Made by a program: the position numbers and the translations under genes
From: an uncultured virus (IMG/VR IMGVR_UViG_3300042558_003703)
Lineage: Duplodnaviria; Heunggongvirae; Uroviricota; Caudoviricetes
Direction: 5' to 3' (one strand)
Virus record (IMG/VR): IMGVR_UViG_3300042558_003703
Length of the DNA: 56,334 bases
Notes under the pieces: generated by a model
Seen by the model: only the letters and a program-made list of their open reading frames with translations
What the model was told of the DNA's origin: nothing
Database searches by the model: none
Shown here: positions 8,906 to 18,887 of the stretch, piece after piece
Numbering within the stretch: the first letter of the stretch is position 1
Layout of the letters: each line of letters begins with the position of its first letter

Positions 8906-9373
8906 TTAACTTGCAGCTAGTTTGAAACCTACGTTTACAACGTCTGTACCTGTAACGTTAACACCAGTCACTGTACCATCGCTGGCTGTGATCTGAATGT
9001 TACCTAATGCACGTAGTTGAGCTTGCAGAGTTGCTGCTGTGTAAGCGCCACTTGGATAAACAGCGTAGCTGATCTGACCAGCTGAAGCAGCTTCAACTTG
9101 GTACATAGCAATAGTAGCTGTAGTTTGAATGCTTTGATTAAGTTGGACAACAACACCTGGTGTGAAAACACCTGATGTTACATTACCCAACTGGTTTTGC
9201 AAGTCAATGTTCTGCTGTGAACCGTTCTGAACCACAACGTTGAAAAAGTCCAGTTTTGGACCTGCCATCTGCACTAGTGCAGCAGCAGTGATAACGCCTT
9301 GTTGTGGGCCGTTGTTGATGTCTAATGCGTATACTGGTTGTGCATCACCATTTGCGGGTGGAAAATATGCCAT
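8906..9373 (-). CDS. Abundant structural protein (monocistronic late gene)
   Basis: Ala/Gly/Val/Thr-rich; has its own TATAAATA promoter, AAGGAG RBS and downstream terminator. Confidence 0.6.
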   Translation of the reverse strand: MAYFPPANGDAQPVYALDINNGPQQGVITAAALVQMAGPKLDFFNVVVQNGSQQNIDLQNQLGNVTSGVFTPGVVVQLNQSIQTTATIAMYQVEAASAGQISYAVYPSGAYTAATLQAQLRALGNIQITASDGTVTGVNVTGTDVVNVGFKLAAS

Positions 9374-9389
9374 TTTAAAGCTCCTTGGT

Positions 9390-9424
9390 TAAGTGGGAAT
9401 GTTTCGTCCCTGCACTTATTTATA
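9390..9424 (-). promoter_or_regulatory. T4-type late promoter TATAAATA with 5' leader hairpin
   Basis: Perfect TATAAATA at 9417-9424, then AAGTG.GGGA...TCCCACTT stem. Confidence 0.65.
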
Positions 9425-9449
9425 CCAAAAGTCAGAAATCGGTCAGTAC

Positions 9450-11351
9450 CTATCCCAATTCAGGATTGTTTTTAGCAAAGTTGGCAGCACTGAATCGCAT
9501 GCGATCAACAAATTTCATGCCCTGACCCACATATCCTTCGTGCCCGGGTTCGTTGTTGATGCTGGCCTGCACTGCCTGTGACTGTGAATCCAATTGACGC
9601 ACCAGTTGATTTTTAAGACTGGACACTTCAATGAATGCTTGGAATAGTGCTGCTACTGCCTGTTTGTTTTCGGTTGCCCATTCAAAAATTCTCGGAGCTT
9701 TGGCAGGTTCTTGTTGTTGTATCCACGACCCAAACCCGCTTACCAAGTTGTCATAGCTGCCGCCGCGCACACGACTGTTGATGTAAGTTTTAATCAAGGC
9801 AGGAAAATTGCTGATCTTTCTTGCACGTAATTCGGTAGGATCAAACAAGCGATCCATGGCAGCACCATACTGAGAAAGCAAACGGTTGGCATCTGCTACT
9901 GTTTTGGCATCTAATTTGATTGTTCGAGGATCTTTGAGACTGGGATCTAGTATAAGAAGCCCTGGACTATCTGCCAATGCTGCAGCACGAATGGGTTCAG
10001 CTGGTGCACCCGGTGCAGATAAACTGGTGTGTATGGCAACCGCGGCTGTGCTGTCGGCGATCTTTTTGCCCAGATCAGAATCCACAGGCACAGCATACTT
10101 GACAGTGTTGGGCTGGAATACCCATTGATTGCCAATACGCTGCGGAGTAGAAGAATAAAGTAAATCACCTTGTATGTAACCGCGAAAGTCTTGCGGAACT
10201 GCTCGGCGCAGCATAGGAAACAGGCGTTGATAAATGGCAACCAGTTCGCCACGTTCGCCGCCACGTTGTGCCATTATCTTGGCAATGTGTTCTGGGCTTG
10301 TGGCCAAGCCATCGTAGCCCTTGGCCAAAAATCCCGACTTGTCAGTCAGCACGAATTCACCTGAAGGTTTTCGCCCAAAGATGATGGCAGGTTTTCCATC
10401 CCATTTAACAGTGGTTTCTTGTGGACGCTGGGCTGCTGCTACAATGCCAGCAAGTGCTTGTTTAAGGCCGGCACTGGGACGTTGGTCAAAAATCATGTCC
10501 TCGGGGTGCTCAATGCGTACACCTTCTACAATGACCTGCATACCTTGGTTCACTATACGATCACGCAGACGTGCCATCATGCTGACTTCGTTGTATTCGG
10601 TGTATAATTCTGTGTTTTCTTTTACTAGCCCATCATCAAAAGGAATGCCTTCGCGTTCCATGTGTGCTTTGAAATCTGCAATTTTTTGTGGCTTTTTGGG
10701 ATCTGCTTCCAGTGCTCGCATGACTGCTTCTACGCTGGACAAATCTGCAAGAGTAGCATTTGGGCTCAATAGCATCTTTGCCACTTGTGCCGGATCGTCA
10801 GTTATTAATTCGTTGGTGGCACGATTCATTATGCCGTCGTTTTGATTCAACTTGTAACCCAGGCTCTTGGCCATGCTGTTCAGCATGATGTTACGCAAGG
10901 CACCTTTGTATCGGCTAGCAGGATCATTGCTTAATACAAACTGTGTCCAGCGTGGCTTGTTGCTGAACATGAAGTCTGTTTGCACAAACCCGTTCGCAGG
11001 GTTGCCGCCAATGGCTGCAAAGAAGTGTACCGCTGATCCAGTTTTTTTGATGTAGCGAGCAGGATCTACTTTTTGTTTCTGCGTCCAGACTGTTAGCACT
11101 TGTGTCAATTGATCTTTTGACATTTCCCCTGCATCAACAGACAAATCCAAGTCACCAGAGTCTGCTTTTCGTCCAGTGGATCCTAACCATTTAACAGGAC
11201 TGCCGTCGGCAGCTTTTTCGCTGGTTAAATCCAGTCCAGTAATGCCTTCCAGCCATTGCACAGTGGGCATGACGTCAGCTTGTTTAATTCTTTGCGTGAG
11301 TGGTGTCCCGGTGGAGTCTTTAAATACATTACCGCCTTCGTTTATATTCAT
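9450..11351 (-). CDS. Fusion of a Pol-beta-type nucleotidyltransferase and an RNA-ligase-like domain
   Basis: N-domain LGSTG..SGDLDL..VQTDF; C-domain VKWDG, IQGDLLY, HEGYV, MKFVDR (ligase motifs I, III, IV, V). Confidence 0.65.
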   Translation of the reverse strand: MNINEGGNVFKDSTGTPLTQRIKQADVMPTVQWLEGITGLDLTSEKAADGSPVKWLGSTGRKADSGDLDLSVDAGEMSKDQLTQVLTVWTQKQKVDPARYIKKTGSAVHFFAAIGGNPANGFVQTDFMFSNKPRWTQFVLSNDPASRYKGALRNIMLNSMAKSLGYKLNQNDGIMNRATNELITDDPAQVAKMLLSPNATLADLSSVEAVMRALEADPKKPQKIADFKAHMEREGIPFDDGLVKENTELYTEYNEVSMMARLRDRIVNQGMQVIVEGVRIEHPEDMIFDQRPSAGLKQALAGIVAAAQRPQETTVKWDGKPAIIFGRKPSGEFVLTDKSGFLAKGYDGLATSPEHIAKIMAQRGGERGELVAIYQRLFPMLRRAVPQDFRGYIQGDLLYSSTPQRIGNQWVFQPNTVKYAVPVDSDLGKKIADSTAAVAIHTSLSAPGAPAEPIRAAALADSPGLLILDPSLKDPRTIKLDAKTVADANRLLSQYGAAMDRLFDPTELRARKISNFPALIKTYINSRVRGGSYDNLVSGFGSWIQQQEPAKAPRIFEWATENKQAVAALFQAFIEVSSLKNQLVRQLDSQSQAVQASINNEPGHEGYVGQGMKFVDRMRFSAANFAKNNPELG

Positions 11352-13051
11352 ATTTTTCTCTGACTTCTAAGACTTTCATTGGTGCCAGTTGCTAATCTGT
11401 CTCGATCATCAATTATTTCAAAATCTTTTATCAATTGTGCTCGTTGCGCAGGTGTCATCATTTCGTACGATTTCAACAACTGCGAATTATTCATTGCAGG
11501 ACCAGGCTCTGCAGCCGGAAGTGGTTTTGCTGCTGTAGCTGATGTAGCAGCAGCAGGAGTACTCGAAATAGCAGCCCCTGAGGTAGCTGGGGTAGCTGGG
11601 GTAGCTGGGGTAGCTGGGGTAGCTGGGGTAGTTGCGCCAGCCGCAGGAGTGTTGACTTCAATATTCATAGCACCAAAGATATCTTGTATTACATCATCAG
11701 ATATATTATTACTACGTAGTATGGTGGCAATAATGCCACTGTCAGTGGGACGTCCAGCATATTCCCAATGTTTAAGTAGTGCTGCCGGATTTATTTGTTT
11801 GTTGGTAATTTTTTGTGCAAGTTTGCCACCTACGGATTTGATTTTATCCCATGTAGGACCTTCGGTAAGTTGACCACCCGCAATGGCAAATATTTCACGT
11901 ATTTCTTTGTTGGTTAGTCTGGTATAACCTTCCTTAACCTGAGGAGCAGGAGCAGGAGTTTTAGCTGCTGGTGCAGGTGCTGCAGATGCCCCGGCTATGC
12001 CTCCTTGTACAGCCGCAGTAAGTGTTGAAGAAATTTTAGCAGCTACTTCCTTAAAATTAGCGGCATTAGCTACTGCTTGATCATATAATTTTTGATTATT
12101 ACCAGCTATCTCTTTCACTGCTTGTCGCACTTCTGGATTATCAACTATAGCTGTAACTTCCTTCCAGTATCTATCAGCTCCAGCCCAATTGCCAGCATCA
12201 ATATACTTTTCAGTTTGATCTATAAGTAATTCTAATTTAGGAGCTAATTGGCTAGGAATTATTATTCCACGAAGATCACCAAAAAAGAATCCAGGATTGT
12301 TACCACCAATCCTGATGGACGTCCGTCTAAAACCGAGTTGGGTAAGCTGTGTATATCCTGGTATCTGTCTAGCAACAACCTCGATGTTTCCAAAATAATC
12401 ACCTAGTGCAGTTATGCCGGCGCCTAAGGCCCCGCCAATAGCAGCCGACTTGGCGCCTTTGCCCACAGCAGTTGATAACTTCTCGCCTTTCAGCAACTCT
12501 GTTGCACCACGTAATATTTGACCAGCAATGGCACCACCTGCTGGACCTGTGGTGAAGGCTGCTACTGCTGTTAGTGCACCTATCACAAAGGCTGTCTTGC
12601 CGGGGTTGGCCTTGGCATATTGACCCAGTTGATCAATCACAGCCATTGTTTTGCTGTCTGTGCCTAATTTGGCAGAAATCTTTTGTTTTAGATCTTCAAA
12701 CTTCTGATCAAAATATTGAACAGGCGCAGTGGTCTGCAAGTATCGACCTAGTCCGTCAATGGCTTTGTTTACAGCACCAGCAGCAGTGCCCACAGCACTG
12801 CCCACTGCCTTGGTTGTATCTACAGCCTTACCAATTGCAGTACGACCAACACCGCCCTGAGCTGTTTGCTTTTGCTGGGCCTGTTGGAAAATTTGTTGTA
12901 TTTGATCTGCAGTAAGAGTGGTTTCAAACAAGGGGCGCAGGTCTCGCACCATGCCTTCCACTATGTGACGTTGTTCACGTGTGAGATCGCGGCATACACT
13001 TTCAACAAGTGTGTTTGATTTTCTAGCGTGGTTAAGTTCAAATATCTGCAT
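11348..13051 (-). CDS. Large Ala/Gly-rich probable virion/ejected protein
   Basis: MQIFEL start, LVES/LFET/VKEG/LTEG/TNES sites, Gly-Ala hydrophobic helices, TPA repeats. Confidence 0.55.
   Translation of the reverse strand: MQIFELNHARKSNTLVESVCRDLTREQRHIVEGMVRDLRPLFETTLTADQIQQIFQQAQQKQTAQGGVGRTAIGKAVDTTKAVGSAVGTAAGAVNKAIDGLGRYLQTTAPVQYFDQKFEDLKQKISAKLGTDSKTMAVIDQLGQYAKANPGKTAFVIGALTAVAAFTTGPAGGAIAGQILRGATELLKGEKLSTAVGKGAKSAAIGGALGAGITALGDYFGNIEVVARQIPGYTQLTQLGFRRTSIRIGGNNPGFFFGDLRGIIIPSQLAPKLELLIDQTEKYIDAGNWAGADRYWKEVTAIVDNPEVRQAVKEIAGNNQKLYDQAVANAANFKEVAAKISSTLTAAVQGGIAGASAAPAPAAKTPAPAPQVKEGYTRLTNKEIREIFAIAGGQLTEGPTWDKIKSVGGKLAQKITNKQINPAALLKHWEYAGRPTDSGIIATILRSNNISDDVIQDIFGAMNIEVNTPAAGATTPATPATPATPATPATSGAAISSTPAAATSATAAKPLPAAEPGPAMNNSQLLKSYEMMTPAQRAQLIKDFEIIDDRDRLATGTNESLRSQRKI
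11583..11630. repeat. 9-bp tandem repeat (GTAGCTGGG x5) encoding a (TPA)n linker
   Basis: Directly visible in the sequence. Confidence 0.9.
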
Positions 13052-13298
13052 CTGTGCGCCTTACTGTTCGTGTAAATTTCTTAGCATCTTTGTCGCGAAT
13101 TGCATTCAGCAATTTTCTTATCAAGTTGTCTGCTTGCTCAGGACTATAACTTGATTCGATCTGTTCTATTAGACGTATGGCACTGGCAATGACATTGTCA
13201 GCGCGAGTCTCAATAATATAGCGTCGATCACGGTCCGCATTTTTTTCTGTGTATAATGCATCTAGTTCTTCCAAGATGCTGCGAGTGCGTTTTTGCAT
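13038..13298 (-). CDS. Hypothetical protein
   Basis: MQKRTRSILEEL; probable ATG 13298; TAAATA upstream. Confidence 0.6.
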   Translation of the reverse strand: MQKRTRSILEELDALYTEKNADRDRRYIIETRADNVIASAIRLIEQIESSYSPEQADNLIRKLLNAIRDKDAKKFTRTVRRTDADI

Positions 13299-13341
13299 GT
13301 TTACCAAGACCCTTTCAATTATTTAGCAGTAATACAGCGCA

Positions 13342-14733
13342 TTAAGCCTGTTTGATCTGGCCCAGCAGTTGCCTGAGTTTGGTGCCTTGTACGTCTGCTG
13401 TGACTTTAGCTGTGTCCATATCTTCGTCGGGTTTGGCAACTTGGCTACGAGTCTTGATAGAGTCCATGATGCTGCTACGCGGACCTTGCTGATTAGTATC
13501 CTCTCCGTTGTCAGTAATGCGCATGGTTTCGATATCGTAGTCCAGATCAACCTTGTTGCCAACGCCCTGACTGCTACGACTTTTCATGCACTGCATTTGA
13601 TACTTGCCTCGCTCTCGCATGGCTCTAGATGTAAAAATACCAAACACAAAGTCAGCTGTATTGATCTTGGATATGCCACCGGCAATGTGGCTATGATCAA
13701 ACTCAATTTCTTCTACTGCACTACGGTTCAACTGACTTGCTGTGACCATTAACACCTTGAGTTCAATGGCCAAGTTACGCAGCTCTTCTGCTGAATACTT
13801 GTCCTTGATAAACTGATCATTGGGATTGACTTTTACAGTGACCGGCATGATCAGGTCCAGATAATCCACCATGATAAAGTCGATCTTGATGCCGGTCTGT
13901 ATCTGTACTTCTTTGATGTAGGCACGCATGTCGTTTACATTGCTTTGTGCTGGCAAGGCCTTGATGCGATAGTCGCCAAACTTCTTGCCCATCATTTTTA
14001 CTTTGAGCTCTGTTTGTCCAATATCTCTACGAATGTCTTTGGTACTGGTACTGGTCAACATGGCGTCTGTACGCAGAGCAACCAGTTCTTCATTCAATTC
14101 CAATGTGATGTAAACACCACTCAATCCTTGGCTCAACCAGTTTAAAGCTATATTCATCATGACCAGGCTCTTGCCCGAGCCAGAACCTCCAGCAAAAATG
14201 TTCAGTTCGCCTCTGCTGAATCCGCCATACAAGATACGATCCATCTGTGGCCATCCGGTTGAGACCTGACCGCCTGAGTTGAAATATCGGTTGAGTCGAT
14301 CACTAGGGCTGTCAAAATAGTTTGTGCCCATGTCCTTAGTCAGGCTGATCTGTACTGCGTCTTTGATCAGCTTTTCGATACCGCCGGAATCATAATCAGG
14401 TTGCTCCAACAAGTCAGCTGCTTTGAGAATAGCTCGCTCCAGTGCTTGCTTGCGAGTAAACGATTCAAACTCATCTAGAAACCAGTCAAAGTGACCTTCA
14501 TTGAGATCGGGAATTTCCTGCAACACAATACCAGTGGCAGCACGAATCTGCGCACGATCTGGCATGGTCTTGAATTCGGCGCTGTGTTGTTTAATGAATT
14601 CAGCGGCTGGTCTCAACGTTCGATCAAAGTTTTCTGGATCATAAATGTTTTGCACACGTACATAGCTGGTGGCATCGCACAACATCATTTCCAAGAATAA
14701 TCGTTGTACGTCAGTGTTGTAATCTTTTAACAA
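13342..14733 (-). CDS. DnaB-like replicative helicase (T4 gp41-like)
   Basis: GGSGSGKS Walker A, IMVDYLD, TASQLNR, MKSRSS; TTG start. Confidence 0.93.
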   Translation of the reverse strand: MLKDYNTDVQRLFLEMMLCDATSYVRVQNIYDPENFDRTLRPAAEFIKQHSAEFKTMPDRAQIRAATGIVLQEIPDLNEGHFDWFLDEFESFTRKQALERAILKAADLLEQPDYDSGGIEKLIKDAVQISLTKDMGTNYFDSPSDRLNRYFNSGGQVSTGWPQMDRILYGGFSRGELNIFAGGSGSGKSLVMMNIALNWLSQGLSGVYITLELNEELVALRTDAMLTSTSTKDIRRDIGQTELKVKMMGKKFGDYRIKALPAQSNVNDMRAYIKEVQIQTGIKIDFIMVDYLDLIMPVTVKVNPNDQFIKDKYSAEELRNLAIELKVLMVTASQLNRSAVEEIEFDHSHIAGGISKINTADFVFGIFTSRAMRERGKYQMQCMKSRSSQGVGNKVDLDYDIETMRITDNGEDTNQQGPRSSIMDSIKTRSQVAKPDEDMDTAKVTADVQGTKLRQLLGQIKQA

Positions 14734-14759
14734 GCTAATTGTTCCTGAAGTTTTTTAAT

Positions 14760-14788
14760 ATTATACACGATACATTCTTTCTAGTCTA
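14760..14788 (-). promoter_or_regulatory. Sigma70-type promoter for the helicase
   Basis: TAGACT-17bp-TATAAT; the -10 contains the upstream gene's TAA stop. Confidence 0.65.
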
Positions 14789-15522
14789 GTGACATCGGCC
14801 CAACTGCAAAAATTAATTGCATCGTTGATTGACCATAATCTTTTTTCCTCCGGCAGCTCGTGTAAGTACTCAAAGACATATATAAGCCAAGCTACCATCC
14901 ATGGACTAAAATTATCTTCTATACCCCAAAATTTAATCAAATCGGGCATTGACATTTTATCCGACGGCATGTTCAAGTTATAGTTTAATTGAGTAGCCCA
15001 ATAATTGTTAAAAAATAACTTCTGGCTATCAGTTAACTCCTTTGAAATAATATCTTTTAAGAAATTTACGTCAGTTAAATTCCAATAATTGTAGCATGTT
15101 TGAGACGGAGTAAATGATTGAATTTTTTTATGCCAATTTGCAATGTCAATAAAATGATTATCAACTAGATTAGATAATTTTAATGTTAACTTTTTATAAG
15201 AGATATTATATAACACATTGCCAATGTGCGTATAGGGATATAGTTGTATAATTTTAGCATTTGGAAATGTTGTGTTAATTAATTCTGTATCAAAATTGTG
15301 TGTAACTACTACTGTATGATTTTTTATACGTGCTTGTATTTCTTTGTGCCAATGATAACGACCATTTAATGATAAAACTAAATCATTGGGACCGGTATCA
15401 ACGCGAAATATATTTGTGTTTTTCGGAACAACGTCGGCTATTAAGAATCCCAGAAAGTTGCCGGAGCAGCCTTCGAGATGACTTATCACATATTGAACAT
15501 TTTCTTTATTATTTTCGACCAT
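14761..15522 (-). CDS. Hypothetical AT-rich protein (possibly sulfotransferase-like)
   Basis: SHLEGCSGNFL and VVVTHN only loosely resemble PAPS-binding motifs. Confidence 0.4.
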   Translation of the reverse strand: MVENNKENVQYVISHLEGCSGNFLGFLIADVVPKNTNIFRVDTGPNDLVLSLNGRYHWHKEIQARIKNHTVVVTHNFDTELINTTFPNAKIIQLYPYTHIGNVLYNISYKKLTLKLSNLVDNHFIDIANWHKKIQSFTPSQTCYNYWNLTDVNFLKDIISKELTDSQKLFFNNYWATQLNYNLNMPSDKMSMPDLIKFWGIEDNFSPWMVAWLIYVFEYLHELPEEKRLWSINDAINFCSWADVTRLERMYRV

Positions 15523-16031
15523 TGTAAATGTGTGTTGGGCCCTGGATGTGTATCATCTTCTGCACGATCAATAAAAGAAGACCAAGTAAGGGTCGGAATG
15601 TGCGAATGTTTGATTTCGTCAATAACAAAATAAAATCCATGATTCGGTAGTAAAAAATTTTCTTTGTTATATTTAAATTCTCGTAACTGAATAATAGTTA
15701 TACCCGACTTGACAGAAACTTTTTTATAGTGGTCAATAATATCATTATTTGAAACTAAAAATCCAGCGGTTGTGTAAGTGTTTACTTGTAAATCACCCAA
15801 CAGTTGGTGCCAGCATTGATTGTAGGCAAGACCTACACCAAAGCTAAAACTACTGCCAAAGACCGAAATGTCTGGATGTGCATGATGTTCGGGGCCGCGG
15901 TATCCCAGACTGTTAAAGGTATAATCAATGGGTTTACCTGAATCATGTCTTGCAAAATACTTGTATGACTGATTAGAAAATTTTCCAACCCAATTATTGA
16001 TTCCATCTGCATATCCTGAATTATAATTCAC
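15486..16031 (-). CDS. SGNH/GDSL-like hydrolase
   Basis: NSLGYRG, FGSSFSFGVG (block I), DDTHPG (block V). Confidence 0.65.
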   Translation of the reverse strand: MNYNSGYADGINNWVGKFSNQSYKYFARHDSGKPIDYTFNSLGYRGPEHHAHPDISVFGSSFSFGVGLAYNQCWHQLLGDLQVNTYTTAGFLVSNNDIIDHYKKVSVKSGITIIQLREFKYNKENFLLPNHGFYFVIDEIKHSHIPTLTWSSFIDRAEDDTHPGPNTHLQWSKIIKKMFNM

Positions 16032-16034
16032 TTT

Positions 16035-17030
16035 TCAATCCAATGGGTTACTTTGCAGCAGATTTGACAAATAAGGTACATAATCGTTGACTGAAATACC
16101 TTTAATTTTATCTTGTGTAGTAATTGCTTCGACAAATTTAGGCCATAACGCATGACCGGGCTGTACAGTATGATTAAAATAAGCAGGATATTGCACATAA
16201 TTTTCAATGTACAACAATCCTTGTTGATTGAACCAATTGACAGTATTTTGCTTGTCGTGAATGTTGAGGTTGCTAATGGTATAACTTACTACTACTTCTC
16301 GAAAAATCTGTCTGTACTGATCAATATTTGTTAAGGTTCGATCCCAGCTTAATGGATATCTTACATATTCAAATAGCTTGTCAGTTCCGTCTATGCTAAC
16401 ACAGCAACTGATATTGCTGAATTTAGCAAATGTATCGATATGCTTTTTGGTCAATGTAACACTGCCGTTGGTAACAAAGCTAACCAAACAATCAGTGTTG
16501 CCGTTTAACAGCAACATATCTAGTATAGCAAACGATTTTTCAATCAACAATGGCTCACCGCCTAATAGATTGATACGTTTGATTGTTTTCCAGTTAATTG
16601 TGGATTGATAGTGGTCAAAGTTGCGATCTATTCTACTATTCTCAGATGAGATTTTGATTTGTTTTTTTAGCAAGCCTTGCCAAGCAGAACTGGCATTGGC
16701 ACCACAAGTAATACAAGTTGAATTGCACAATGATCCCAAATTAAATTGATACAACATTGGCTCGGCATCATGTATATTGTCGGCTATCACTTCGATATTT
16801 TTATCTAGCGCAAAGTCTAAAAATCTATTCTCCATTTGTCGACGACTTTCAATTCCAGAATCTTCAAGATGCCAGCATTTTTGGCAAGCCTCGGACTGTT
16901 TATTATCAATAAAATCTTGTTGCAGACGGGATCGAGAAATGGATTTTTGTAACCAACAACATATAGAATCTTGTTGGGTTTTTAAATTTATCTCTCTGCT
17001 GTACCAAGGCATTACACAAAAATGTTTCAT
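16035..17030 (-). CDS. Radical SAM protein with N-terminal SPASM/twitch-like Cys cluster
   Basis: FCVMPW..CC..CQKC, then CNSTCITC, GGEP, TNG, SIDG. Confidence 0.9.
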   Translation of the reverse strand: MKHFCVMPWYSREINLKTQQDSICCWLQKSISRSRLQQDFIDNKQSEACQKCWHLEDSGIESRRQMENRFLDFALDKNIEVIADNIHDAEPMLYQFNLGSLCNSTCITCGANASSAWQGLLKKQIKISSENSRIDRNFDHYQSTINWKTIKRINLLGGEPLLIEKSFAILDMLLLNGNTDCLVSFVTNGSVTLTKKHIDTFAKFSNISCCVSIDGTDKLFEYVRYPLSWDRTLTNIDQYRQIFREVVVSYTISNLNIHDKQNTVNWFNQQGLLYIENYVQYPAYFNHTVQPGHALWPKFVEAITTQDKIKGISVNDYVPYLSNLLQSNPLD

Positions 17031-17995
17031 AGTCTGAAGGTCTTAACAAGTTGTTTTTTGCGCATTTCTATTTTGATTCTGCTGGTCTCTCGTGCCTGCA
17101 TGATAGTTAGCAAGGTTGCTAAACGACCATATTTCTTTACAGCATCATTGACATCTTTGCAACCATCCCACTTGGGCATGCTCACCGACCATCCCAACTC
17201 AATGGCACGATTCACTAGCTCCATGCCAGGCCGGTCTTGATCGGGTACTACAATAATTTCCTTTCCCAAACTACGTATGAGTCTGGCTTGTGCATCACTG
17301 ACTTCGTTGTGCATCAAAGCCAAGCCACTGATGCTGAGTGCATCAAATATGCCTTCTGTCACCACAACTGATTGCCAATTGGCATGTTGCAAGTCTGTGC
17401 CGAACACATACCCAGGTTGAAAATCGTTTAACCATACGGGTTTTCGATCATCCAAAAATCTAGTGGTATTGCCAACCAAGGTGTTGTTATAGGTGAACGG
17501 GATAATGACTCCCGGTCTTGCGCCTGCAGTTGCACTGACCATAAATGGATAATCTACAGGTGCACATCTGCTGCGCAAGTAATTCCATATGTCTGTATGT
17601 GCTGGTGTTACAAATTCAACCCCGCCTATGTCACGTTCTTCGAAGTGTATGCCTTGTATAGCTGCTGCAGTTTGCTGACGGTCGTCTAGTAATCCTGTTA
17701 TACTACGATGCCGTAGGCTTTCTAGATTGACACGTTCTATTTCTTCTTGTGGTACATTCAACCAGGTCAACAGCTTGCGAGCTTTAAAACTGAGATTACG
17801 TCCCAAGATAAAACTAGCAGTATAACCGCAGTTGAAACAATGATAACTCCAACCTTCGGCGCTGCTTTTGAGTCCGCCACGCTGCCGTCGATCCTGACTT
17901 TCGCCATTGTGGACACAGCAGGGGCCGTTGAAACTGATCCAGCCCGAGCTGGATGTCTTGCGTTTTCCTGGGAGGTATTGGACAATATCTAGCAT
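17027..17995 (-). CDS. DNA primase (Zn-binding + TOPRIM)
   Basis: PCC..YHCFNC zinc ribbon, TEGIFDA, PDQD, KDVND; lies near the helicase. Confidence 0.88.
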   Translation of the reverse strand: MLDIVQYLPGKRKTSSSGWISFNGPCCVHNGESQDRRQRGGLKSSAEGWSYHCFNCGYTASFILGRNLSFKARKLLTWLNVPQEEIERVNLESLRHRSITGLLDDRQQTAAAIQGIHFEERDIGGVEFVTPAHTDIWNYLRSRCAPVDYPFMVSATAGARPGVIIPFTYNNTLVGNTTRFLDDRKPVWLNDFQPGYVFGTDLQHANWQSVVVTEGIFDALSISGLALMHNEVSDAQARLIRSLGKEIIVVPDQDRPGMELVNRAIELGWSVSMPKWDGCKDVNDAVKKYGRLATLLTIMQARETSRIKIEMRKKQLVKTFRL

Positions 17996-18001
17996 TCAGC
18001 T

Positions 18002-18010
18002 AGTATAACA
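18002..18010 (-). promoter_or_regulatory. Extended -10 promoter; leaderless primase mRNA
   Basis: TGT-TATACT ends 6 nt before the ATG; no SD present. Confidence 0.5.
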
Positions 18011-18023
18011 TACTTTATGACAA

Positions 18024-18809
18024 TTAGCGATATGCAATTACACCAAAGTCGCCGGATGTGAGATCAAAAGATAATCTCAAGTAAGGATGGTATCCAGAAA
18101 CGTTGAAACCAATGCGTTCTTGACTATTAGTCAAGGTCAGCTGTTCGACGGTTTGACCTGTTCTGAGATCTTGAAAAGGCACATTGTACCATTCGACAGT
18201 GTTGGCTGTGGCTGCAGTTGCGCCTTGTACAGCAACTACGCCAGTTAATTGCTGAGGGTCGAACTGAAAGGTCGTCAATGCTCTACCATCAGTTTCTAGT
18301 GTACTGGAATAATAAACATCATTCACTGGTGCCTGGCTGGGAACTGTCAAAATCTGACTGCCTACAAACATGGGAAATATGGAATTTACCAAGTCGATGT
18401 CGCCGCGAGCACCCGAATAATCATCGGTATATACTGCTTGATCCAACACACCCGACGATACTTCCAAACTCCAACTGGCTGGCTGTGCTTGAAAATGCAG
18501 GGTGTCGGCAGCAGGAATAGTAACTTTGGCACGCCCTAGGCTGGCGCTTAAGGCCACTAGTTCTCGAGCATACAGAAGATTTTCTCCATTTTGACTGATA
18601 ATACGAAAGGTAAACGTAGATCCTGTGATGTTCACTGGCTTTTGATCTTGATTTAGGAACTGAAACAAAATGACATTGTCCACGCCTAAATTACATTTTA
18701 AATTTTTTGCATACACCGGATTCCACCTCGCATTGAAATAAGCGCCGCTGATGTCTATCAACAAAACTTGTTGAATTTGTTGGTAAAGATAGGCGGTTGT
18801 TGAGTACAT
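18024..18809 (-). CDS. Probable baseplate/structural protein (BppU-like N-terminus)
   Basis: FQFLNQDQKPVNITGSTFTFRI..GRAKVTI; beta-rich; ATAAATA 5 nt before the ATG. Confidence 0.5.
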   Translation of the reverse strand: MYSTTAYLYQQIQQVLLIDISGAYFNARWNPVYAKNLKCNLGVDNVILFQFLNQDQKPVNITGSTFTFRIISQNGENLLYARELVALSASLGRAKVTIPAADTLHFQAQPASWSLEVSSGVLDQAVYTDDYSGARGDIDLVNSIFPMFVGSQILTVPSQAPVNDVYYSSTLETDGRALTTFQFDPQQLTGVVAVQGATAATANTVEWYNVPFQDLRTGQTVEQLTLTNSQERIGFNVSGYHPYLRLSFDLTSGDFGVIAYR

Positions 18810-18887
18810 GATTCTATTTATCTTATAATATTTGTGCCAAACAGCTAATAGTTATTTACACCAAAAACCTAGCACATAAATACCCGC

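Noticed and set aside
9385..9425. Possible tRNA or riboswitch upstream of the 155-aa gene
   Set aside because: Only one short hairpin; no cloverleaf, T-loop or aptamer consensus.
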